Positions 55,282 to 64,000 of a DNA stretch of 64,000 bases are shown here, in pieces. Numbering within the stretch: the stretch's first letter is position 1; each line of letters starts with the position of its first letter. A program made the position numbers and the translations under genes. Source of the DNA: Rubripirellula sp. (GTDB taxonomy: Bacteria; Planctomycetota; Planctomycetia; Pirellulales; Pirellulaceae); assembly GCA_965216875.1 (NCBI GenBank), contig OZ244207.1, forward strand, positions 8,160,001-8,224,000. The letters run 5' to 3'. The notes below the pieces were generated by a model. It did not search any database. It saw only the letters and a list, made by a program, of their open reading frames with translations, and had not been told where the DNA came from.

Positions 55282-56346
55282 CTACTGATTCAGTTGCTCC
55301 TCGATTTCTTCATTGGCTGCCGCCGTTCCCAATGCGCCCCAAAGTCCGTAGGGGCTTTCGGCCGAAGTCAGATTTGGATCGGTTGCGTCATAGGGTTGGT
55401 GCGATGAATCACCGCAATCGATGGAGTCGGAGACGAAGATGACCGCTCCACTGGTCATCAAGATGTGACAACCACCGGCATGAAAACTACCCGCGCTGTA
55501 GATTCCATCGACCGCCTCCAGGCCACCGACGGCACAGCTCGGAGAATTGGGTGGCAAGATCGTATTGACCAAGGAGTGGCCCGCTGCGCCATCGGCCCAA
55601 CGGCCGCCGCGTCCAAGAACGCTCAGAGGCACCGAGTCGCTGTAGAAACTCGGGCGCTGCGGATCGACAACGTCTCGGCAGTGAATGGGTGAATCGAGTA
55701 TCGCCTCGGCTTGAGTCACCGCAAACTGTCCCTTGATCGAATGGTCGACCTTGTTACCAATCTCGGTCATCGCGATCGTGTTGGCGAGTCCGTCGATGAT
55801 GTCGCGAAAGCGGGTGATTTTGGCACCGGCCAAGGCACCGCGAATTTCTTTGGGGTGATGCAGATCACGTGTAACGTCACCAATCGAAAAGGCATAACTT
55901 GTCAGTCCGAAGTCTTTGGGGTTCGCCGGCGAACTTGGGCAAATCAATGTCGGGATCTGGGTCCTCCAGGGATCGAATCTGCTTTCTGCGATTGGTACCT
56001 GCAACGGACCATATCCAATACCGCCAACGTAGTTTGGCGAGTTGACCTCCGACCAAAGCGAGGTTGCCTCCATGTAGGGAACCAGCCACACCAATCCTGA
56101 GAGTCGATCTGCGATTTGCGGCGTCGTCTGAATCGACGCCATCGCGGGCGGCATCGCTTTGTAGGTGGAATGATAGTTGTGAATTGCCAAGCCAATTTGC
56201 TTGAAGTTGTTCGAGCAAGACATACGTCTGGCTGCTTCGCGCGCACCGCGGGTCGCAGGCAAGAGCAAACCTAGAAGCACTGCGATGATCGCGGTCACGA
56301 CCAACAGTTCCAGGATCGTTAGTCCGGCGAATCTGTGACGTTTCAT
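55282..56346 (-). CDS. DUF1559 prepilin-type N-terminal cleavage/methylation domain protein
   Basis: [24 protein letters not shown]...[41 protein letters not shown] and SFHAGG motifs; start ATG 56346. Confidence 0.93.
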   Translation of the reverse strand: MKRHRFAGLTILELLVVTAIIAVLLGLLLPATRGAREAARRMSCSNNFKQIGLAIHNYHSTYKAMPPAMASIQTTPQIADRLSGLVWLVPYMEATSLWSEVNSPNYVGGIGYGPLQVPIAESRFDPWRTQIPTLICPSSPANPKDFGLTSYAFSIGDVTRDLHHPKEIRGALAGAKITRFRDIIDGLANTIAMTEIGNKVDHSIKGQFAVTQAEAILDSPIHCRDVVDPQRPSFYSDSVPLSVLGRGGRWADGAAGHSLVNTILPPNSPSCAVGGLEAVDGIYSAGSFHAGGCHILMTSGAVIFVSDSIDCGDSSHQPYDATDPNLTSAESPYGLWGALGTAAANEEIEEQLNQ

Positions 56347-57050
56347 TCTCCGACTCCCTCGAGAGGAATACCCTTGGCCGATCGAATTTGCCCAGGTGCC
56401 AAACCCGACAATCGCAGCTCGTAGCACAGGATTGGAATCAGCCAGCAACCCCATACGGTTGCTTGATAGGTGATGTCGTTGTCAATTCCAGCCACGATCG
56501 TGGCCCCCGAGACGATTCGCAGTAGCAGTGGGGCCGACAACAAAATGTACGTTCGAGTTGCCCAGCGCCGGTGCTTTGCGAAACGTCGCCTCATCGCCGT
56601 GCGAACGGTTGCGACCGCGGCAAGGCCTGTGGCGATCGAATGCAACGCGAACCCGGTCGCAGCAACACCGCCGGTGTAAGCCTGTGTGGCCATCACCAAA
56701 CCACTCGGCACGATCAACGCCACGAGCAGGATTTGCGAGCGGCCAGCGAGGCGATGCAGTGTGCCGAACCGGGGACGACCGCCAGTCAGCATCAACGCCG
56801 CGCCAAGCAAAATGGTCAGTGGACCGACCGCAATATGAACGTAAAACGCTGCTCGGTAGAGACCAAAGAACGTTGGCTCACGCCCAATCAGAAACGAGGA
56901 GGTGAAGTCAGCGGGAAAGTAAAAGCGATACTCGAAGACGATTTCCCAAAGGACTTCGATCATCAACAGGCCGCAGACCAGTGCAAACAGCATTCGCAAT
57001 CGGTCGACCCGGTCGACTTGCGCAGCTTGAACGATCCGCTCTCGTAGCAT
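56343..57050 (-). CDS. DUF2306-like integral membrane protein
   Basis: FYVHI, LHRLAGR, PSGLVMA and HRRWATR...LLR motifs; about 6 TM segments; ATGA overlap with the DUF1559 gene. Confidence 0.78.
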   Translation of the reverse strand: MLRERIVQAAQVDRVDRLRMLFALVCGLLMIEVLWEIVFEYRFYFPADFTSSFLIGREPTFFGLYRAAFYVHIAVGPLTILLGAALMLTGGRPRFGTLHRLAGRSQILLVALIVPSGLVMATQAYTGGVAATGFALHSIATGLAAVATVRTAMRRRFAKHRRWATRTYILLSAPLLLRIVSGATIVAGIDNDITYQATVWGCWLIPILCYELRLSGLAPGQIRSAKGIPLEGVGE

Positions 57051-57151
57051 TTCGGGATTCTCCCCGTCGGTCGAATGGGTGCGATACCTCCATCGAGTCC
57101 ATCGTTATCTACGAGCGATTCCAAAAAGAGTTCACGGTTTGTGAGCCGGCT

Positions 57152-57213
57152 GTTCGTAGTACCGAGCCTTAGCCGGAATCTTCTCACAGGCCGCAGAACG
57201 ACTGGACTACAAA
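57152..57213 (+). repeat. Solitary REPIN-like copy of the GTAGTACCGAG family
   Basis: GTTCGTAGTACCGAGCCTTAGCCGGAATCTTCTC...CTGGACTACAAA. Confidence 0.8.
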
Positions 57214-57358
57214 GGGCGTTAGCGCGTGATTCTGATTGTCGCCTTTTGCTCCGCAAAAGTTGCGTTGGTGGACGCTGCTTTCGCGGAGGGAAAGGCGACG
57301 ATCGAAGACACGGAAGCTCGGGGGCGGGACTCGTTGCCTCGTCCACTACGGGAGAACG

Positions 57359-58426
57359 CTAGAAGAGATCTGAATCGTCGTCGAGGTCGTGGCCGAAGCC
57401 GCCTTCGTCGAGATCATCATCCATGTCGTCGCTATCATCGATCTCGGAATCCTCGTCGACGTCCTCGCTGCCGCGATCGAGCAACTCGGCCGGCGGCGTG
57501 GTGCCATCTTGAGGCAACCAGCGAATGGTTGGGCGTGGCGGGTCGGTCAAAGAGTCGTAGCATTCCATGACCATCCAAGCGACATCGCCGGGACCGTCGG
57601 CCAGTTCGCCCTCTTGAAAATCCTCTTCGTTCCGAAGCAGGTAAAGCGACGACATGCGCAACAATCTTTCGACGTCGCGCGGTTGATATTTGTTGGTGTC
57701 GTAAATCGCTTCCATGTCGGGAAGGTCGAATTGACCGTTGCCAACCGTATCCATCAACACCCACGGTTCGTCTGCGGGAAAGATTCGCACATTGGTGTAC
57801 ATGTCTAACGGTGGCAGTTCGTGTCGCCAAGCGTAGTTGAGCCCCTCACGTAGTCCGGTTTCGTCTCGAAGGACTTCGCCACCTGGATTGAAGTAACAGA
57901 TCGCTTCGGGGGCTTCCAACACATCGCTTACGGCGCGGGTCAGAAACTTGAGCTCATCCATCGGATCATAGTCCTCTGGAATCAGCGGCACTTCGTCGTC
58001 GCTTTCGTCCTCTTCCGGTTCGTTGGCACCCAGGACGTAACTGACCAACAGACGAACATGCGCGGTATGCGTTTCCGATTCGCTGGCACCTTCTTCCCAG
58101 CCCCATGACTGTTCACCGGCACGTTGCAAACAACCTGGAAAGGCCAAGGGTCCAAACTGTCCAAGCGACCAGGCAACGAAACGTTCGGGCGCAAGTTCGG
58201 GATCGCCCATGTCGTCGGGCCATTGAGCCGATGAAGGTGTGACCAACAGGTGGCCGTTCACTTCGGGACGATATTCAAAGACGAGTGTTTGCCGAGCGTC
58301 ATCATCTTCGATCGATTCGTGCAAACCGACGTACGAAAAGGCCTTCAAGCGTTGCTTGATATCGGCTGTTGAAAGGGGACGCCGAAGCAGAACGCACATC
58401 CCTTGAGTGAACAATCCTTTTGCCAT
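57359..58426 (-). CDS. Conserved hypothetical protein, DUF4261-like, with acidic tail
   Basis: 355-aa ORF; LMDTVGNGQFDLPDME segment resembles DUF4261; Asp/Glu-rich C-terminus. Confidence 0.6.
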   Translation of the reverse strand: MAKGLFTQGMCVLLRRPLSTADIKQRLKAFSYVGLHESIEDDDARQTLVFEYRPEVNGHLLVTPSSAQWPDDMGDPELAPERFVAWSLGQFGPLAFPGCLQRAGEQSWGWEEGASESETHTAHVRLLVSYVLGANEPEEDESDDEVPLIPEDYDPMDELKFLTRAVSDVLEAPEAICYFNPGGEVLRDETGLREGLNYAWRHELPPLDMYTNVRIFPADEPWVLMDTVGNGQFDLPDMEAIYDTNKYQPRDVERLLRMSSLYLLRNEEDFQEGELADGPGDVAWMVMECYDSLTDPPRPTIRWLPQDGTTPPAELLDRGSEDVDEDSEIDDSDDMDDDLDEGGFGHDLDDDSDLF

Positions 58427-58536
58427 GCCGCCAGTCTCATTGTCTCCAAAACGAAGCTCGCTGATCCCTCGTCAGGTGAGAAAACCTCAATGCCGCCGTG
58501 AAGTTGTACTTCAGATCCTTCGCCGCCACGAGAGCT

Positions 58537-59880
58537 CTATTTTGGATCTGCCTTTTCTTGTCCTGCCTTTTCAATGACGGTCAACGTCACTCGTTTTGTT
58601 TCCCCTTCAGCCACTCGAACCGTCTTGGTCGAGCCAACAATGGTGTCGCCGTAGATCGAGACCTTTACATCGACATCCGGCACGACCTCTTGAAACACAT
58701 GCAATCCCGGATGCCGACGGGGGACGGTGTGCGCGGGCTGTGGTGCGACGGTTGACCGATTCGAGGGAGAAAGGGAGGCCGGATGCTTGACGTCGACCCC
58801 AATCCTTTCGTTGGCGTATGGTTTTCCATCGGCATGAACCAGTTGGACTTCGATCCGCCCTGCTTTGCGAAGTGTGACTTTGATTCCCGAGATGTCCTTG
58901 TTCGCCTTGCCAAGGACAATCGCCTCGGCGGGCAACGGCTTTTCGTTAGCCGTCTCTTGGTAATAGGCAATCTCGTCCCAAGAATGCCGAAGTGCGATGT
59001 CACGTATGTATCGCCCTTTGGGAAACTTGAATTCATAGACGCCAGGTTTTCCCTTCACTTCCTTGGCGATGATCGCGTTGACGTAGTCACCGATGTCGCC
59101 GATGGACAGGCGTTGCCCCGTCAACGGCTTGCCTGATCCGTCGACCACATCAACGCGGATCTTGACCGTTTCGGGGGCGGTGATGGTCGCCGGTGGAAGT
59201 CCGCCACGATCGCTCAGGACGTATTCGACCGCATTGAAAGGAAAGGGCAACGATTCGAACGTCATTTTGCCATCGGTGGCGCTATGGAATGTCCGCACTG
59301 GACGAAGGAAGTATTTGCCTGGCGGGAGCGGACGAAACTCAAACGCACCTGTCTCGTCGGTTCGGGCCCAAGTCATCGGAGTCCGTGCCGCTCCATTTGC
59401 TTGAACCATGATGTCGGTCACCGGCGTGCCATCCCGTTCAACGACTCGCCCGCGAATGACGGGCGCCTCACGCAGTTGAATCACCGCTTGCTCGCCGCCC
59501 TTGCCGGTGACGGCGCGCGAGTTGTTTTCGTAGTCATCGGGCAGCCAAAAGATCCGTTGCGGAAACCACTTCTTGCTGACGATCTTGTACCGCCCTTGTT
59601 CGTCAGTTTTGGTGTAGTTGCCGTTCGTAAACCCTTCGCCCCAACCGTGTTTATCGGTGGCGGTCATGACGACAATCCCGACGGCGGGTGAACCGTCGGG
59701 CAAAACGACCTTGCCCGTCACGAGCGGAGCGTTGGGATCAACTTTGGGCTTGGCCGCGCCCGCGTTCGTTGTTTGAGCGTAGGCCGAATCGAGAACGCAC
59801 GACATGCCGAACAAAGAGGCGAACAATGCGACGCATGAAACAAAGCGTTTGGGAAGCTGCGAACCGCGGCCGGACATCAC
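58537..59880 (-). CDS. Secreted protein with carboxypeptidase-regulatory-like beta-sandwich repeats
   Basis: Signal peptide; repeated (V/I)xGxVVxxDGxP...TDExGxY/F modules. Confidence 0.75.
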   Translation of the reverse strand: MMSGRGSQLPKRFVSCVALFASLFGMSCVLDSAYAQTTNAGAAKPKVDPNAPLVTGKVVLPDGSPAVGIVVMTATDKHGWGEGFTNGNYTKTDEQGRYKIVSKKWFPQRIFWLPDDYENNSRAVTGKGGEQAVIQLREAPVIRGRVVERDGTPVTDIMVQANGAARTPMTWARTDETGAFEFRPLPPGKYFLRPVRTFHSATDGKMTFESLPFPFNAVEYVLSDRGGLPPATITAPETVKIRVDVVDGSGKPLTGQRLSIGDIGDYVNAIIAKEVKGKPGVYEFKFPKGRYIRDIALRHSWDEIAYYQETANEKPLPAEAIVLGKANKDISGIKVTLRKAGRIEVQLVHADGKPYANERIGVDVKHPASLSPSNRSTVAPQPAHTVPRRHPGLHVFQEVVPDVDVKVSIYGDTIVGSTKTVRVAEGETKRVTLTVIEKAGQEKADPK

Positions 59881-60647
59881 GGTGCCTTTTCTTCTGAAGA
59901 TTCTGTGTTGTCGGAATTCTTCGCGTCGGAATCGGGGGCTGCCTTGGCGGCTTCATCAAGTGCAGCGACAACGTGCACGTGGTTCTTTTCAACGGCGAAG
60001 TCGCGTGCGGAATCTCCATCCTTCGTATCACGCAACGTCAGGTCCGCGCCAGCCTCGAGCAACAGTTTGACCACTTCGAGCTGGCCTTCACCAGCAGCGA
60101 ACATGAGCGCGGTAAACCCATCGGCTGTGGTGTCGCGTTCATTGACGACGGCGCCCGAGTCCAACAATAGCTTGACGGTATCGGCAAACGGGCCGGTTGA
60201 TGCAAACATGATCGCGGTGCGCCCGCTCATGTCCTTTAGTTGGATGTCGGCGCCTGCCTTGAGCAAGCGTTTGACCACGGCGGTCTTGCCCTCGAAGGAT
60301 GCCAAGTGCAAGGCCGTCCGTCCGTCGAGGTCGGCATCATTGACGTCGGCACCGGAGGCGATCACCGACTCGACAATCTCAAGTTTGCCCTGCATGGCCG
60401 CGTTGCGGAAAGCGCCCATGCTGTACGTTCGGACCGGCTTTTCTGAGGCTTTCGTTTCGTCCTCTGCAGCGGTTTGCTTGTCCGCTTCCGTGTCGGAGGA
60501 CGAGTCATCGCCCGATTCGGTCGCGGATGGTTTGCTAGCCAGCGAGTCGTCGGAAGAGGAGCTGCATCCAGCGTGCGCCATGATGACGCACAGGCAAGTC
60601 AAAATAGGAAGGATGCGTAGTGGAGTTTTGCGATTCAGAGTGTTCAT
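59877..60647 (-). CDS. Ankyrin-repeat lipoprotein
   Basis: Lipobox HAGC; GRTALHLAS, GRTAIMFAS and GFTALMFAA ankyrin motifs; GTGA overlap with the downstream gene. Confidence 0.9.
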   Translation of the reverse strand: MNTLNRKTPLRILPILTCLCVIMAHAGCSSSSDDSLASKPSATESGDDSSSDTEADKQTAAEDETKASEKPVRTYSMGAFRNAAMQGKLEIVESVIASGADVNDADLDGRTALHLASFEGKTAVVKRLLKAGADIQLKDMSGRTAIMFASTGPFADTVKLLLDSGAVVNERDTTADGFTALMFAAGEGQLEVVKLLLEAGADLTLRDTKDGDSARDFAVEKNHVHVVAALDEAAKAAPDSDAKNSDNTESSEEKAP

Positions 60648-60764
60648 CCCGGTAGTTTACTTGATTCCAGGAGGGGTCGCGACGGAGCGACACTTGGCTG
60701 AGCCCCCGCTCCAGAGGTTGCTGGGCTTTTATGAGACGTCGCGACTTTGGTATTTGGTAGCCTC

Positions 60765-62021
60765 ATGAATGTGATTGCAATCGATACGAACGAGCCACAG
60801 ACGTCACCGGCTAAACCGCTGGCCGGTCTCGACGCCGTTCGCGTCTGCGCTGCCTTCGCCGTCGTGATGCTTCATGCGACCGTGCCCTATCTGCAACATC
60901 GGATGCCAGGCCTCGCGTGGTCGACTCACGATGCGCCGAGTCCCTTGGTCGACGTGATCTCATGGACCATCGAGCTTTTTGTGATGCCTTTGTTCCTCGT
61001 GATCGCTGGCATCTTGGCATGGCGTACGCTCTCTCGTCGTGGCGCATCCGCACTAGTCACGAGCCGCGCCAAACGCCTTCTGGTTCCATTCCTTTTCGGA
61101 TGCGTTGTGATCCTACCGCTTGACCTTCATGTTTGGGTCTTGGGCTGGGTGCTCGACGGAGAGGTGCCATTGGTGAAGCTTCGCAGCTTCAAGTTTGATC
61201 CGAGTGTTGACAAGCACCTTTGGGGAACGAGCCACCTTTGGTTCTTGCAGTACTTGTTTCTGTATGTCGCCGCATTGGCTGGATGTGCGTTGATCGGCTG
61301 TGAACGGATTGCACGAAAAATCTCTTGGCCGGTGAGACGCCCCGTGATCGGATGGTTGATGCTGCTTGCGGCAACCGCAATCGTAACCGCTTCGGTGTCA
61401 CCTGAAGTGGTTTGGGGATTTCAGCATTCCTTCTTGCCCGTTCCGAGCAAGTTCATCTATTCGGCGACCTTCTTTGCATTGGGCGTCTTGATCGCGGTAA
61501 ACGACCCGGAATTGAATTGGCTGCGTGTCAACGCGCACCGGTTAACTTGGTTCGCCGTGCCAGCCACCTTCGTCGCGGTCACCGCGGGACGGGCTTACCT
61601 TGGCGGTGTGCAGTGGGCGTCCAATGAAATGGTCGGATTGGCCACCGTCACGGGCGCTGTCGCCGCCACGCTTGCGACCATCTCGCTGGCGCTTCGGCAT
61701 GTCGAGCGGCTACCGCTCACGTTTCAATACTTGGCGGCCGCTTCGTTTTGGGTCTACCTGATTCATCACCCCTTTGTCGGCCTGATCCACATCGATCTCA
61801 AGCTGCTGTTGCCTGAGACGCCACCGGAACTCAAGTTCGTGCTGACGATGCTGATTGCTTCGGTCTTTTCAGTCGCCACCTACGAAGCCTTCGTGCGCAA
61901 GAGCTGGCTCGGCCGATTTCTCGGCATGAATTGGCAATTTCCGCGGGAGTGCGAGCGGGAACCGGGCAATCAAAAAGAGCGGGAAAAAGCGTGTGAAACG
62001 GGCGAGAACGTGGCTGCGTAG
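60765..62021 (+). CDS. Acyltransferase-3 family membrane protein (OpgC/MdoC-like)
   Basis: LDAVR...VMLH, MPLFLVIAG, RAKRLLVPF, HLWFLQYL and ASFWVYLIH motifs. Confidence 0.88.
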   Translation: MNVIAIDTNEPQTSPAKPLAGLDAVRVCAAFAVVMLHATVPYLQHRMPGLAWSTHDAPSPLVDVISWTIELFVMPLFLVIAGILAWRTLSRRGASALVTSRAKRLLVPFLFGCVVILPLDLHVWVLGWVLDGEVPLVKLRSFKFDPSVDKHLWGTSHLWFLQYLFLYVAALAGCALIGCERIARKISWPVRRPVIGWLMLLAATAIVTASVSPEVVWGFQHSFLPVPSKFIYSATFFALGVLIAVNDPELNWLRVNAHRLTWFAVPATFVAVTAGRAYLGGVQWASNEMVGLATVTGAVAATLATISLALRHVERLPLTFQYLAAASFWVYLIHHPFVGLIHIDLKLLLPETPPELKFVLTMLIASVFSVATYEAFVRKSWLGRFLGMNWQFPRECEREPGNQKEREKACETGENVAA

Positions 62022-62175
62022 CCACGCAGGCGAACTCGGACGGTTTGTCGACCCGCCAAATCGTGGGTATTTTAATAGTCCCGCCTGCATTCATTAGAGG
62101 ATGCCCCATCCCTATTGGCTTACCGCGTGCACTCGCTCCACCTTGCACGTTTTTCGATTCGCCGTTTGAGCTTCC

Positions 62176-63480
62176 ATGACCGCTTCGAAACCCGTCAACG
62201 AAGGCAACCGGAAAGGTGCCAGCCGTCGCAACTTCATCAAAGGAAGTGGCATGATGTTGGCCGGGGGCGCGATGGCAAGCAACCTCCCGGTGGCGCGAGC
62301 CGCACACGCATTCGGAAGTGATGTCATTCGCATTGGTTTGGTCGGATGCGGCCAGCGCGGAACGGCTGCCGCATCCGAAGCGTTGTCGACCGCTGGTGGT
62401 GAGGTCCACTTGGTGGCCATGGCCGACGCGTTCAACAATCAGATTCATTCGTCGTTTCGATCGCTGAAAGGCCGGCATCGCGATCGCGTTCGTGTTGATC
62501 AGAATCGGTTCGTCGGTATCGACGCCTACAAGCAGGTGATGTCGGCCGATGTTGACTTGGTGATCCTCGCAACGCCACCGGCGTTTCGCCCCATGCAATT
62601 CGAAGCTGCGGTCAACGCTGGCAAACACGTCTTCATGGAAAAGCCAGTCGCCGTTGATGCTGCTGGCGTGCAACGAGTCCTCGCTGCGGGAAAGGTGGCC
62701 CAAGAGAATTCGCTTACGGTTCAGGTCGGCCTGCAACGACGTCACCAGATTCGCTATCAGGAGTGCATCGAGCAGTTGCAAGGCGATGCGATTGGCAAGC
62801 TGATCTTTGGACGCGCCTACTGGAACGGAAGCGCGAACAAGGCACTGCCAGGACGCAAAGGTGAATCGATCTTGGCGTCCCAGCTGCGAAATTGGCATCA
62901 ACACGCTTGGCTCGGTGGCGACCAGATTGATGAACGCCACATTCACAATCTTGATGTTTTCAATTGGCTGCTGCGATCACACCCGATCGAAGCGAACGGC
63001 CAGGGTGGACGCAATCCAGAGAGCCATCATTGGAAACGGACGCTCGGTCGAGTGCCGACCGCGGGCCAAGGCGAAGTGTTCGATCACCACATGGTCGAAT
63101 TCACCTATCCGGGTGGCTTCAAGCTTTTTAGCCAGTGTCGTCAAATCCAAGGTTGCTGGAACCACATCGGCGAACACGTTCACGGCGCATCGGGATCATG
63201 TGACATTAGCCGAGCCACCATTACCGGGGCCGATGGCAAACGCCGTTGGAAGTCGTCAAGCCAGGAAATCAAAGGCAAGGGTTGGCAACAAGAGCAGCAT
63301 GATTTGTTTGCCGCGCTCCGCAGTGGAGAGGTGGTGAACGAAGTCGAGTATGCTGCGACGAGTACGATGACCGCGATTCTAGGGCGGAATGCAACCTACA
63401 GCGGACAAGTCGTTCGTTGGGACGAGGCGGCTACCGACATGACGCCCGCAGTCGATGTGGAATCGTTGACGCTCTCGTAG
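62176..63480 (+). CDS. Tat-exported Gfo/Idh/MocA family oxidoreductase
   Basis: SRRNFIK, GLVGCGQRG, HVFMEKP, GLQRRH and HIHNLD motifs. Confidence 0.92.
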   Translation: MTASKPVNEGNRKGASRRNFIKGSGMMLAGGAMASNLPVARAAHAFGSDVIRIGLVGCGQRGTAAASEALSTAGGEVHLVAMADAFNNQIHSSFRSLKGRHRDRVRVDQNRFVGIDAYKQVMSADVDLVILATPPAFRPMQFEAAVNAGKHVFMEKPVAVDAAGVQRVLAAGKVAQENSLTVQVGLQRRHQIRYQECIEQLQGDAIGKLIFGRAYWNGSANKALPGRKGESILASQLRNWHQHAWLGGDQIDERHIHNLDVFNWLLRSHPIEANGQGGRNPESHHWKRTLGRVPTAGQGEVFDHHMVEFTYPGGFKLFSQCRQIQGCWNHIGEHVHGASGSCDISRATITGADGKRRWKSSSQEIKGKGWQQEQHDLFAALRSGEVVNEVEYAATSTMTAILGRNATYSGQVVRWDEAATDMTPAVDVESLTLS

Positions 63481-63690
63481 GTCATGCTCTGCATGACACC
63501 TGCCATCCGCAGCTTCACTTGTGGGCCGAACGCGCTAGCGGCCGGGCCTTGCACTCTTTCGCGCATCTCGAGTGGCCCGAGGCTAGCGCCTACGGCTCAC
63601 GGGCGATTCCTTGTGAGCCGAACGCGCTAGCGTCGGGCCTTGCACTCTCTTGCGCATCTCGAAAGGCCCGGCGCCATCGCGTACGGCTCA
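63477..63690. repeat. REP hairpin plus two tandem REPINs between convergent genes
   Basis: GTAGGTCATGCTCTGCATGAC at 63477. Two ~80-nt units (63521-63600 and 63613-63690) bounded by GTG(G/A)GCCGAACGCGCTAGCG and TACGGCTCA, with a shared spacer. Confidence 0.85.
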
Positions 63691-63704
63691 TGGGCATTGA
63701 GCAC

Positions 63705-64000
63705 CTAGAGCGTTTGGCCGCCGTCGACGCTTAGCAGTTGGCCGGTCGCCATCGTTGTGCCGAGAGCAAAGAACAAAACAGCATCGGCGATGTCAGCCGG
63801 TTCCGACGCACGTGGCAACGGGTAGTTGGCCACCATTTCGTTGATGTCCCAGTCGGGGTTTCCCTGTTTGATCCAGCGGCTGTTGATGGGGCCAGGCAAT
63901 ACCGCGTTGACCCGTACTTCGGGGGCGAGCACGCGGGCCAGTGATTTCGTCATCGTGTTCAAGCCCGCTTTTGAAGCGCAGTAGGCGATCGACGAACCTG
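63705..64000 (-). CDS. Short-chain dehydrogenase/reductase (5' part outside window)
   Basis: GSSIAYCASKAG (YxxxK), VRVNAVLPG and TGQLLSVDGG motifs. Confidence 0.9.
   Translation of the reverse strand, partial: GSSIAYCASKAGLNTMTKSLARVLAPEVRVNAVLPGPINSRWIKQGNPDWDINEMVANYPLPRASEPADIADAVLFFALGTTMATGQLLSVDGGQTL

Overview
Chromosomal segment of a Planctomycete, most consistent with the Pirellulaceae. This rests on LE(K/R)RxLL export motifs, DUF1501 and DUF1559 genes and an ECF43-type sigma/Ser-Thr kinase pair. The left third is one giant minus-strand ORF (start 22882, at least 7,627 codons, running off the left edge and therefore absent from the ORF track). It encodes a modular adhesin-like surface protein with RTX Ca-binding, FG-GAP, ELWxxDGT-like, F-type lectin, LamG and virion-protein-like repeats. 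It is divergent from an ECF sigma factor and a membrane Ser/Thr kinase with WD40 repeats. Next come a PTS-independent MurNAc/peptidoglycan salvage locus (two NamZ paralogs, a sodium:solute symporter, murQ, a MurK-like kinase) and an M14-like/GH105 fusion. These are followed by six tRNA genes without encoded CCA around an RNase Z-like gene, and tuf-trnW-secE-nusG-rplK, after which rplA is missing and a SAM methyltransferase-like gene follows. The right part holds DUF1501/WD40, a hybrid histidine kinase, a 1.7 kaa LTD-repeat surface protein, an orphan ATP-grasp enzyme, DUF2306-DUF1559 and further envelope genes. Intergenic spaces carry at least four REP/REPIN-like repeat families. No transposase, integrase, cas gene or CRISPR array was found. 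All product calls come from motif recognition by eye, not database searches.
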